This document shows positions 13,001-24,551 of a DNA stretch of 64,000 nt, one piece after another (the stretch's first letter is position 1; each line of letters opens with the position of its first letter). This stretch comes from Squalus acanthias. Its lineage: Eukaryota. Under the pieces are notes generated by a model that was given only the letters and a program-made list of their open reading frames with translations, was not told where the DNA came from and did no database searches. The translations under genes and the position numbers were made by a program. The DNA is taken from contig CM059432.1 in the NCBI GenBank assembly GCA_030390025.1, positions 53,384,001-53,448,000 on the forward strand, in the 5' to 3' direction.

Positions 13001-13975
13001 TTCTACACTCCTTATTGAACCAGGGTTGGTCCTCTGGCTTGATGGTAATGGTAGTGTGAGGGATATGCCGGGCCATGAGGTTACAGATTGTGGTGGAATA
13101 CAATTCTGCTGCTGCAGATGGCCCACAGCACCTCATGCATGCCCAGTTTTCAGCTGCTCGATCTGTTCTGAATCTATCCCATTTAGCACGGTGGTAGTGC
13201 CACACAATACGATGGAGGGTGTCCTCAGTGTGAAGACAGGACTTCATCTCCACAATGACTGTGCGGTGGTCACTACTACCAATGCTGTCATGGACAGATG
13301 CATCTGCAACAGATAGATTGGTGAGGGCGAGGTCAAGTAGGTTTTTCCCTTGTGTTGGTTCTCTCACCATCTGTCGCAGGCCCAGACTGGCAGCTATGTC
13401 CTTCAGGACTCGGCCAGCTCTGTCAGTAGTGGTGCTACCGAGCCACGCTTGGTGATGGACATTGAAGTCCCCCACCCAGAGTACACTCTGTGCCCTTGCT
13501 ACTCTCAGTGCTTCATCCAAGTGGTGTTCAACATGGTGTAGTCCTGATTCATCAGCTGAGGGAGGGTGGTAGGTGATAATCAGCAGGAGGTTTCCTTGCC
13601 CATGCTTGACCTGAAGCCATGAGACTTCATGGGATCCGGAGTCAATGTTGAGGACTCCCAGGGTCACTCCTTCCTGACTGTATACCATTGTACCGCCACC
13701 CCAGGTGGGACTGTCCTGTCTATAGAACAGGACATACCCAGGGATAGTGATGGAGGAGTTTGGGTCATTGGCTGAAAGGTGTGATTCTGTGAGTATGACT
13801 ATCTCAGGCTGTTGCTTGACTAGTCTGTGGGACAACTTGCCCAATTTTGGCACAAGTCCCCAGATGTTAGTGAGGAGGACTTTGCAGGGTCGACTGGGCT
13901 GGGTGTGCTGTTGTCGTGTCCGTAGCCGGTGCCGAGGTCGATGCCGGGTGGTCCATCTGGTTATATTCTTATTGT
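10079..13975 (-). mobile_element. APE-RT LINE (CR1/L2/Jockey-group, clade unassigned), copy 1, ORF2 nearly complete but with stops
   Basis: Endonuclease motifs VILTESHL, GDFNVHH, LLDLALTN and SDH. RT motifs QFGFR, GVPQGSVL and FADD. A-rich tail. Interrupted by a CR1 at 10620-11550. Confidence 0.92.
10620..11550 (-). mobile_element. CR1 LINE, 5'-truncated, nested in LINE copy 1
   Basis: Open ORF2 C-terminus [36 protein letters not shown] and a typical CR1 3' UTR. The host sequence TGTAGAT^GGTGGAAAGG is contiguous in the other copies. Confidence 0.93.
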
Positions 13976-15889
13976 TTATAATATTCACTGACCTTTCTCA
14001 AATCATGGAGCTTCTTGTTTATGTCTTTTCAAGTTTTTTTTTGGTGGATTGTTCTTTGATATTTTCATTGATCACTTTCCATAACTTTACTTGTTTTGCA
14101 AGGTCTCTTTCCTCTATCGCTGAACAGCTGCTCTTGTTTTGAATGCACACTATCCAGTAATGTTTCAAGATCTCTGTCAGTGAAGCGTGCCTTCTGTCTG
14201 CAAAACTCAGCCATTGGCCTAAATGTTTGTTTTCCTCAGGCTACATCTACAATCTACAATAACGAAACTAGTTAAGAAATGTGTTAACTGCTTCAGCTGT
14301 GTCCCAATTGGATACCTACTGCTGGATGCGTTGTGTGGATTCACTGTGTTCATAACCACCATCAGAAAACCCTTGCTGACACATGTACATTCACAAGTCC
14401 ATATAAAAATATCTCCAGGTACTTTAATAAAGAAACGTATATGGCCGAGAACATTTTGCCCATATTGCTATGCAAACTGGGATTCGTTGAACAGGTTGAT
14501 TGCCCAATGTTGAACCTTAACACTTTTAATTCACTTAGAACTATGTTAAGACAATTATGTACCATATATGGCTGCTGGGGTTGAAAGGTGTATTTACATT
14601 GAAATACATCATATCAGATCACGTTACTGCCATTTCTAGAGGAAAAACAGGAGATATATCACCATGTGTTTGTTTTATTGACATTAACATCTATATGCCT
14701 CATGCATGCTGTTGCTATGGAGAAAGCACAGTTAAATGAGTGTGATGCACTACACTGTAGAAAGTGGGCAATGTTCCACATAGATCTCTGTGACTCTTGA
14801 CCTGGTTTATTATAAAATTGAAGTTGTCTTCTCTAGATTAATTTAAATTTGTTAATTAGTATGACAATCCACATTTTATACCTGACAAAGAAATATTTGA
14901 AACCTTTTTAATACATTTAAAACACACGCAATCCAAGACATTAGTTCACTGAGCACATCGACACAGCGTGAAGTTGTGAGAGATATATTGCAGTCTTATT
15001 TCCTTAGGCTAATAGTAAAAGCAGACCGAAATTAGACTCCAGGGAGCCTAGTACAGAGACCAAGAGTCAGAAATTGTGATGCAAAGTCTGTTATCTGAGA
15101 TGATCTGAAGAAAGGATTGTGAATACCAATTTCTCCTGTACAGGATGGTTTTGAATGAAGGTAATATCAGTGAGGTCATCTCGCTGCAGCGCTTGTGATT
15201 ATTCTGTTGCTAGGAATGGAGACTGAACTGAAGAACTTAACCAGTCTAGGTATTGATTTTTACATAATAAGAGCAGAAGACAACTGTAGCAAGGAAAAAT
15301 ATCTCAAATTGGATGCTTTTGTGGTTGCTAGCAGCATAAAGAGATTTAGATAAATTATAACAATTCACAAGTCACAAATTTCTAATGGAACAGTTGACTC
15401 CAGCAATTCTGATTTAGCAAATGGTTGAAGCCTACCAAATAAGGATACAGTATTCCATCACTGTCTGATGACAGGTATAACTGAGCTTTCTTGAGGATTC
15501 CTATCAACATTTGTACCTATTAACTTGCTTGTGTTCTCGTAGATTGGATAGTTAACCAAATAAGGAATTGAGGAGACCCTTACACTTTTTTATTATCAAT
15601 ACCACCTTTGATCTTTCTTAACAGTTACTATCTTGGCCCTCTCAGCTGCTGAAGATAAAACACCATCTCCCCCTGTTTAATTCCGTCTATATTTGCCTGC
15701 ATTGACACTGGTTAGTCATCATTTGTCTTTCAGATGGGGTTAACCACAGTGAAGCTACTGATGTCAGCAGCAAAGAGAACAATGTTAATGTTGTGACATA
15801 CACTGAACTGAGGGCAATATTGAGAACCACAGTCAGTCCAAGTTTGCCTTCCAGAAGGAACCCTGTAGTGATGTTATGATAAAAACAAT

Positions 15890-16659
15890 GGCCCGGAATT
15901 TGCGGTCAGCGGCGAAGCAAAAGCATTCGCCACTGGCCCCGAAGAAATCTTGCAATCTCTGTGGCGAGAAGTTTGCCTTTTTCGATGCGTAAGTGATTTC
16001 AATGCAGCATAGTGGGGATTCCCTAGCGTGATCTGCTGTGATGTTAACAAGGTGTCTAAGCAGCCAATCGCATTGTAGAATTCGCACAGACAGAGAAGCA
16101 GGAAATGAGAACCTGCTTTTATCCTGACTTTTAAAAAATATTACAGAGAGTAAAACAAAGATTGGGGCTCTCAAGTGGGGCTAAGGTAAAACCTGAAATA
16201 TCGTGAACAAACTTTAAAAAATATTAAAAAATATATTTTTAAAGTTTCTTAAAAATCGTAATTTTTATCGCAAAGGAGATATTTGGCAATCCACAAAATT
16301 AAAAATAGTTTTTCAGGGCCATAACATTTGTTTATCAGTCACTACATTGTGAAAACCCTAGGCACACCTAATCCAACAAGGCCTAACATTAAATGGGGTA
16401 TTTTACAATGATATTACCTCGGAAAAGCCCAAGTTTTCATCAGTTTCACTGATTTCACTGATTACACTGATTGCCGGCAATAGGGGGGTGGGGGTGGGGG
16501 GGGGGTGCACATCGCAGCTAATGTCGGAGCAGTGAATGACTGACCACAACTTCAGGATTTCCGTGTTTAGATGCGCATGCGCTACATCCTGAAGTTATGG
16601 TCAGTTTCAAAGGGGTAATAACGGTGAACACTGTTATTACCCACCACAAATTCCGGTCC
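15890..16659. mobile_element. ~770-bp MITE, probably Harbinger-related
   Basis: Inverted termini GGCCCGGAATTTGCGG and CCACAAATTCCGGTCC match at 14 of 16 positions. No coding remnant; TSD not resolved. Confidence 0.55.
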
Positions 16660-16759
16660 TTGAGTATTGACATCATAGCGAATGTAACATATCAGGTGAG
16701 GTCTTGACTACAATTTCCTATAAGGACTTAGACATAAGGTTATGATGACAAGAGACCAA

Positions 16760-18356
16760 GGGGGGGAAATTTGGTTGGTTAGCACCACCCGTTAGCGCCT
16801 CTGGCGGGGGCTAACGGGGCGCTAATGAATTACCACCCGAGCATGGCGATTTTAGCGCCGCCCGCAAAATTGACGTGGAGGTTTGCAGTGGCGCTAAACA
16901 CTACCGCCACGATCTCCTGTGCCCTGGAGATCGTGACGTCATTGAAGCGTGCATCACCCCGGACCGGAAATTGATTCTCACCCCCTGCCTCTGCGCCTGC
17001 TGCTAGTAACAACAAGTAGAGGGGGACAGTTTGCAGTCGAATGGGAGCTGGGGGAGCGCTAATTAAAGGCGTGCACTTCCTGCTTTTTCCTGTCGGCAAA
17101 ATATTCTGCATACGCAGGTTAAGAGAGGGAGAGAGGCGTCTGGAGACATTTAACACAAGTTTTGTTCCTCAGCAAGACTTTTCAGGTTCCCATTTCTGTC
17201 AGCTTTATTACTACCACATTTAGAAGATTTAATGGGGCTGTACTAGCTCGGGGCCTCGTCCTCCAGCTTCACCTTCAGAGGCAGCGGAGGCAGAGAGAGT
17301 GGAAAACGTGGCCAGAGGGAAGAGGGCCAACAGGGCTCTGCACAGGAGACCTTACCCTCCCAGGGTATTCCGGGTGCAATTCTCATATATCCATCTGTCC
17401 GAGGAGTAGTGTTTTAGAAGGCTCCGCTTCAGTAAGGAGGTGGTCACTGAGCTCTGCCACCTCCTGCAACCAGAGCTCCAGCCTCAGCTCAGGACCAGGA
17501 CGTCTCTGTCGGTGGCAGTGAAGGTGACGGTGGCTCTCAATTTCTACGCCAACGGCTCCTTCCAGGCTTCAACAGGGGATTTTGCGAACATCTCCCAGTT
17601 CGCTGTCCATTGTTGCATCCGGGAGGTCACAAATGCTCTCTACAAAAGGAGAGGGAGTACATCTCATTCCCCATGACCCGAGACAAACAGCGTGAACGTG
17701 CATGTGGCTTCGCTAGGATAGCGGGCTTCCCCATGGTTCAGGGCGCCATTGACTGCACGCATGTGGCATTGCGGGCACCTCATGAAAATGCAGAGGTTTT
17801 CCGCAACCGGAAAGGCTTCCACTCTCTCAACGTCCAGTTGGTGTGCGAACACAGACAGCGCATCCTCGCCATCAATGCCCGCTATCCTGGCAGCAGCCAC
17901 AATTCATTTATCCTGCGCCAGACTGGTGTCCCAGACCTGTTCCAACTACCGTGTCAACCTCGTGGCTGGCTCCTCGGGGACAAGGGTTATCCACTCTGCA
18001 CCTGGCTGATGACACCGCTCCGTAACCCCAACATTCCTGCTGAGCTCACATACAATGAGAGCCAGAGCGTCACCAGGAACCTGATTGAGAAGACTATCGG
18101 CGTGCTGAAGCAACGTTTCCGGTGTCTTGACCACTCTGGAGGAGCCCTGTGTGCTGTATGCTTCACAACCTTGCAATTCTGAGGACCCAGCCATTGCCAC
18201 CAGGGATTGGTGGACTATCTCAGGAGGAGGAAGAGGGAGAGAGGAGGAGGAGGCGGAGGAGGAGGATGAAGAGAAGGATGAACAGCAACAATGTGGGAGG
18301 GAGGCACTCAATGTTGCTTCTGCAAGGGCCGTTCATGAACGCCTCATAAGACACTG
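16760..18356 (+). mobile_element. Truncated Harbinger: one end plus transposase pseudogene (~17232-18353)
   Basis: TIR-like GGGGGGAAATTTGGTTGG and GCGCC-rich subterminal region. Motifs GAIDCTH, GDKGYP and NLIEKTIG are present, with frameshifts, a stop and a short deletion. Confidence 0.9.
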
Positions 18357-19252
18357 TGGGGTAAAAATTCACTTGGTTGCGCCACCCGTTAGCGCCTTAA
18401 GAGGCGGCCCTGCTAATGGGGCGCAAAGCCGCTAACGCCCGGGCGCAGCGATGTTTGCGCCGCTCGAGAACTTAACTTGAGATTGTGCGGCGGCGCTAAA
18501 ACTTACCGCTGCGACCACCTGCGCGCGCAGATTGTGACGTCATTCCATGGTGCAACGCCCTTGGGGCACCCCGTAGCGGAAATTGAGTGGCGCCCCCTGC
18601 CTTACCGCCTGGCGCTTCCAACGACCAGAAGACTGGAACGCTATCAATTGCTGTGGGGCTGGGGGGGGCGCTATTTAAAGGGGGCCTCTTCCTGTCTTTT
18701 ATTGTTGGTGGCATTTTTGAACTACGCATTCTGAGAGAGAGAGGGAGAGACTTCTGGAGAGATTCAACGTTGTGTGAAGGAGTTTTGGGTACTGAGCAGC
18801 ACTTTGCAGGTTCATTTTGATTTGCCATTCCTTGTATCGATTTAGCAGAGACCGTGTGAGCTGCACTCTGAGCTCTTTGCCTGGTGCTCTCCATTGTTCT
18901 TTCCAGCACATTTGATGTGCAAGTCTCTCCAGGCCGAGATTCAAGGCTGCAATGAACAGGATGTGGATGGAAAGCAAGATTAACCATCCCCTTTAAGAAC
19001 TGGCCCGTGCCATTGTGTGTGTGTTCCATTGCTGACTGACATTACATGAGCTTCGCCAGCGCTCCGAGTTAGCGCCTCACTGCTCGGCCTTTGCGCCTTA
19101 AGAGAGGTGTGCAGCGCCTGCTTTAGCGCTCCACTCACCTCCCGGGGCGGTAAAAGTGAAGTTTCCCGTCAGTGGCGATAATTAGCGCCAGGCGCTAATA
19201 TTTGCGTCCGGACGATATTTGCGCCCCAAATGGGGCGCGACCTAATTTCTAC
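18357..19252 (-). mobile_element. Non-autonomous ~0.9-kb Harbinger deletion derivative
   Basis: Both ends of the 21912-26092 family in reverse orientation, joined at ~18850. It keeps the transposase 5' region and the first codons of the Myb gene. The right TIR is eroded. Confidence 0.85.
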
Positions 19253-19459
19253 GTTTCTTTTCTAACTTCATGTTGGGCAATGAGAAAAATCACTCCATTT
19301 TTAAGAACATAAGAACATTAAAATTAGGAGCAGGAGTAGGCCATACGGTCCCTCAAGCCTGCTCTGCCATTCAATAAGATCATGACTGATCTTCAACTTC
19401 AATCACCATATCCCTTGATTATCTGGAGTCCAAAAATCTATCTATCTCAGCCTTGAATA

Positions 19460-19850
19460 GGGGTACGGTAGCATAGTTATGTTCCTGAACTAGTAATCCA
19501 GCAACATGAGTTCATAGTCCCACCATGGGGAATTTAAATTCAATTAATAAAATAAATCTGGAATTAAAAAAAGCTAGTATCAGTAATGGTGATCATGAAA
19601 CTATCAGATTGTTGTAAAAATCCATCTGGTTCACTAATGTCTTTTAGGGAAGGAAATCTGCTGTCCTTACCTGGTCTGACCTATATGTGACTCCAGACAC
19701 ACAGTGGTTGACTCTTAACTGCCCTCTGAAATGGCCTAGCAAGCCACTTATTCAAGAAAGTGGCTCACCACCACCTTTGAGGGCAATTAAGGACAGGCAA
19801 TAAATGCTGGCCTTGCCTACGATGCCCACATCCCGTAAATGAATAAAAAA
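19460..19850 (+). mobile_element. tRNA-derived SINE with a LINE-derived 3' tail
   Basis: 7-bp TSD TTGAATA (19453-19459 and 19851-19857). The last ~100 nt match the LINE end at ~52425-52530. Confidence 0.85.
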
Positions 19851-20416
19851 TTGAATATACTCAATGACTAGAGTATAGAATTCCAAAGATTCACAACCCT
19901 CTGAGTGAAGAAATTCCTCCTCATCTCAGTCTTATAATAGCCTTATCCTGAGACTATGCCCCCCAGTTCTAGACTCTCCAGCCAGGGGAAACAACATCTC
20001 AGTATCTACCCTGTCAATCCCCCTCAGAATCTTATATATTTCAATGAGATCACCTCTCATTCTTCTAAACTCCAGAGAGTATAGGTTGAATCTACTCAAT
20101 CACTCCTCATAGGACAACCCTCTCATCTCAGGGATCAATCTAGTGAACCTTTGTTGCACCGTCTCTAAGGCAAGCATGTCCGTTCTCAGATAAGGAGACC
20201 AAAACTGTGCACAGTACTCCAGGTGTGGTCTCACCAAAGCCCTGTACAATTGTAGTAAGACTTCTTTACTCTTGTACTCCAACCCCCTTGCAATAAAGGC
20301 CAACATGCCGTTTGCCTTCCTAATTGCTTGCTGTACCTACATGCTAACTTTCTGTGTTTCCTGTACGAGGACACCTAAATCTCTCTGAACACCAACATTT
20401 AATAGTTTCTCACCAT

Positions 20417-21124
20417 CCAGGGCCCCAAACGCTCCTTCCAGGAAACAGCGATTTACCTGTACTTCTTGCAATTTAGTATACTGTATTCGCTGCTCATGAT
20501 GCAGTCTCCTCTACATTGGGGAGGCCAAACGCAAATTGGGTGACCGCTTTGCGGCACACCTCCATTCAGTCTGCAAACGTGACCCCGAGCTTCCGGTTGC
20601 TTGTCACTTTAATTCTCCGCCCCATTCCCCCTCTGACCTCTCTGTCCTCGGCCTCTTACACTGTTCCAATGAAGCTCAACATTAGCCTGAGGAGCAGCAC
20701 GTCATCTTTCGATTAGGCACTTTACAGCCTTCTGGACTCAACATCGAGTTCAACAATTTCAGACAATAACCTCTGCCCCTATTTTTTTTAGATGGTAGCT
20801 GTTGTAGATTCTGCTATTCCCATTTACACCTCTTCTAGACCCACCTTTTGTTTCTTTACCTGTCCTATTACCATCTCCTTTTGCTTTGTACAATCATAGC
20901 TTTTGTCATTTAATCTCTCCTGCCTTGCACCCTATCACAGACCTTCCCTTTTGTTCTTTCCTCCCCTCTCGCTTTCCCTGCCCCTGTACTTTCCTAAAAT
21001 CTGTTACATCTCTAACTTTTTCCAGTTCTGATGAAATGTTATTGCCCTGAAACGTTAACTCTGTTTCTCTCTCCACAGATGCTGCCTGACCTGCTGAGTA
21101 TTTCCAGCATTTTCTATTTGTATT
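20417..21124 (+). mobile_element. Penelope-like element, 5'-truncated (GIY-YIG remnant plus 3' terminus)
   Basis: Translates FTCTSCNLVYCIRCS*CSLLYIGEAKRKLGDRF..H...PVACHFNS. 19-bp TSD TTTAATAGTTTCTCACCAT (20398-20416 and 21125-21143). Degenerate hammerhead motif at 21024-21060. Confidence 0.88.
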
Positions 21125-22268
21125 TTTAATAGTTTCTCACCATTTAAAAAATATTCTGTTTTTCTATTCTTCCTATCAAAGTGAATAACCTCACATTTCC
21201 CCACATTATACTCCATCTGCCACCTTATTGCCCACTCACTTAATCTGTCTATATCCCTTTGCAGCCTGTTTGCATCCTCCTCACAGCTTACTTTCCTGCC
21301 TAGCTTTGTATCATCAGCAAACTTGGATACATTACACTCGGTCCCTTCACCTAAGTCATTAATAGAGATTGTAAATAGCTGAGGCCCAAGCACTGATCTT
21401 TGCAGTACCCCACTAGTTACAACCTGCCAACCTGAAAATGACCCGTTTTCTGTCCATTAAGCAATCCGCAATCCATGCTAGTATATTACCCCCAATCCCA
21501 TGAGCCCTTATCTTGCGTAGCAACCTTTTATGTGTCACCTTATCGAATGCCTTTTGGAGATCAAAATATACTACATCCACTGGTTCCCCTTTATCTACCC
21601 TGCTAGTTAAATCCTCAAAAAACTCTAATAAATTTGTCAACAACACGATTTCCCTTTCATAAAACCATGTCGGCTCTGCGTTTTAGATCATAATGATTAA
21701 ATTCTGATCTTGCAATTGAACCAACATTGAGTCATGGCTCTCCAATAGCATGGGTGGGCTCAGGCTGGCAGAGGAGAGGGTTGGCATCATTGTATTTTAT
21801 GAGACTAACCTCTCTTAATTTTAATAGCCGCCCTATATGTGAAAAACAAGTGCAGGAAACATAACTAACAGCACATTCGGCTGGGAGGCAGGAAATCCTT
21901 ATAGGCAGCAGGGGGGAAAAATTCAGTCGTGCCCCGTTTGGGGCGCAAATATCGTCCGGGTGCAAAAATTATCGCCTGGCGCTAATTATCGCCACTGACT
22001 GGAAACTTCACTTTTAACGCCCCGGGAGGTGATTGGAGCGCTAAATCAGGCGCTGCACACCTGTCTTAAGGAGCAAAGGCCGAGGAGTGAGGCGCTAACT
22101 CAGAGCGCGAGCGCAGCGCAGATGCTGCCAGTTAGCGAGGGAACACAGACACACTGGCGCCGGCCAGTTCTTAAAGGGGGGGGCAATCTTGCTCCCCAGC
22201 CACACCCTGCTCATTGCAGCCTTGAATCTCGGCCTGGAGAGACCTGTGAATCCATTTTCCAGCCAAGG

Positions 22269-24112
22269 ATGGAGAGGGTGAGAGAACGAGCTGAGCGCTT
22301 CACTGAGCGGGCCTTGGATGCTCTGGTTGGCGCGGTGGAGCGCCGAAGACCAATACTGTACCCAGAGAGTGGCAGGAGGCCTTTGCTGCGCGATTACAGA
22401 AGAGTGTGGAGGGAGGTGGCTCAGCGCGTCTCCTCCAGGAGCATGGTGCCCAGGACCCATTTCCAATGCCGGAAAAAGTTCAACGACCTCACTCGGGTTG
22501 TCAGGGTGAGTGGCTTTTTTGCAATACCTCTCCATCCCTCCATCTCAACCTCACTCTATGGCCAGAGGGTCTTAAAACCACAATTAACAACACTCATCCA
22601 ACACCTATGGCCCTTTCATGAAGCACACACACACATTCCATACTTTGCATACAGTAAGGGCTATTCACCTATGGGAGGCACATCAGACAAGACCATGGCT
22701 GTATACAGTAAGAGCTATTCACCTATGGGAGGCACATCAGGCAAGACCATGGCTGTATACAGTAAGGGCTATTCACCTATGGGAGGCACATCAGGCAAGA
22801 CCATGGCTGTATATTTACTCAGACGCCGTCCTTTTTCTTGCAGGCCAAGCAAGCGCATAATAGGAGACAGCAGCAATGGACGGGTGGAGGGCGGCCTCAG
22901 CTGCAACCCCTCAGCGATCTTGAGGAGCGCGTCCACAGGATTGTGGCAAGCCGGGTGATCGGTCCCGTCGCCACTGGAGACGCCGACCCCGTTCTGGACA
23001 GCAATGGTAAGGTCATCACCTTTTTGTCCTCTGTCCTTCCACTTGTCCCTCACAACACCAGCCTTTGACACTTTCAATCCAACTTACTAACTCGCTGCAC
23101 TTATTCCTCCCTTACTGCCACCCTGTCCTCACGCTAAAGCCACTCTTGTACCTCCCTGCTTTCAGATGGTGATTCACCAGCTGAGGAGACGGGCCCTGAA
23201 GCTGCCAGTGGGAGTGAAGCTGCAGCCGAGGAGGAAGAGGAAGCCGAAGCATCAGTGCCACCCTCTCCCGAGGAAGCCCATGCCGACACTGGGAACACGC
23301 CTTCCCTGGAGGGGAGCAGGGGGGAAGGGTCTGATGAGGGTGAAGCTCCAGGACCCAGCGGGCTGCAGCAACGCGATGGGGGTAGGGAAGCTCGGGGGCC
23401 TTCTCCCCGGAGGGAGAGTATGCCAGCGAGTCCTGCTGCACTGGACGCAGAGGAGGAGCGGCTGATCGCGGAAATGAACACCCAGGCGGTGGGCATGCAC
23501 ACTGAGCTCATGGCTGCAGTGGGTAGGATGCCCGAATGCATTGAAGCACTGGCAAGGAGTGTGGAGCACTTCGCTGCAGCGCAGGCGGATGCGACACTGA
23601 AGCTCAGTGCTGCAATTCAATCTCAGACTGCTCTCATGCAGACTCAGATTGAGGTCATGCGAGCACTGTCTGCTGCCATCCTCGCTGGTTCGTTCACATT
23701 TCCCCGGGGCTCTCACCGCGCCGCAGCAGGCCAGCAATCTGTGCTCCAGCAGATTGCTCCAGATGCTGAGGTGCTGCCCCGTGGGAGTGCCAGTGTGCCA
23801 GTCGAGCAGGGAGTTGCTGTCCTCGCTCAAGATGACAGCATTCCTGCTGTCACCACTGTCACTTCTCCACTGCAGTTGCCACCGCCTGTAGGACAGACTG
23901 CTGCCGCCCATGCAGAGTTGGTGCAGTCTGCAGCCGGGCCCTCCAGGCCCAGAACTGGTCGAGGCCGTCCCTCAAGGGCATCTGCATTGTCAGGGCCTGA
24001 CAGTCAGCAGCCTTCCACCAGCCTTGCTGCAGCCACTGAGGTCCCATTGCGGAGGAGCAGTAGGGTAAGAAGGGGGGAAGGGCGCATGGGAAGGAGTTCA
24101 CCCTCGATGTAG
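22269..24112 (+). CDS. Harbinger Myb/SANT-like (trihelix) DNA-binding protein; predicted exons 22269-22505, 22844-23006, 23166-24112 (448 aa)
   Basis: RERAERFTERALDALV..W..VA..V..RT..QCRKKFNDL followed by the TGGG motif in exon 2. Two GT-AG introns (phase 0 and 1) join into a stop-free frame. Confidence 0.85.
22650..22811 (+). repeat. 54-bp tandem repeat x3 in Myb intron 1
   Basis: Unit TACAGTAAGGGCTATTCACCTATGGGAGGCACATCAGGCAAGACCATGGCTGTA starts at 22650, 22704 and 22758. Confidence 0.95.
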
Positions 24113-24421
24113 GAGGTGTGACAAAATGCTGGTCATTTTTTTATTAAAGGCCGAGGTTCGTGGTCAAACTTTTGTTGAGTGTTTTGCACATGATCTCCAG
24201 GTTGTGAGAACCAGTTATGGTAATGACTTTTTTTGTGTTTATTTGTATGAGTTTGTCATGAAGAAATGACACACACAGAGTTTGTAAAATAAATAAGTTT
24301 TGGTACTCAAAATTTACATGTTTGGTGTTTGGAATCATTGGTGCCTTGGCCGGCTTAGGGGTTGCGTGTTGGGTTCATTCATGCTGTTCTCAATGGCAGA
24401 AGCCATTTCCACAGCAGGGGC

Positions 24422-24520
24422 CTAGAAGCGGCTTGCTATCAACCGCTGACGGACGGCCCTTGCAGTTTCACCATTGTGGGCCGCCCTCACGCCTTGGTGC
24501 TGCTGCTGATCATCCTCCTC

Positions 24521-24551
<31 letters not shown>

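Larger units (their letters stand above)
19305..21678 (-). mobile_element. CR1 LINE, 5'-truncated, hosting a SINE and a Penelope insertion
   Basis: LTNLLEFFE, DVVYFDLQKAFDKV, SKFADDTKLG and LVRPHLEYC, plus a CR1 3' UTR with (TTCTTATG)n-like tail. Confidence 0.92.

Noticed and set aside
15734..15879. Possible host terminal exon with an ITIM-like VTYTEL motif after a TTTCAG acceptor
   Set aside because: It is short, has no supporting upstream exons, and the acceptor resembles the Harbinger Myb intron 2 acceptor. Chance or an old transposon remnant is more likely.
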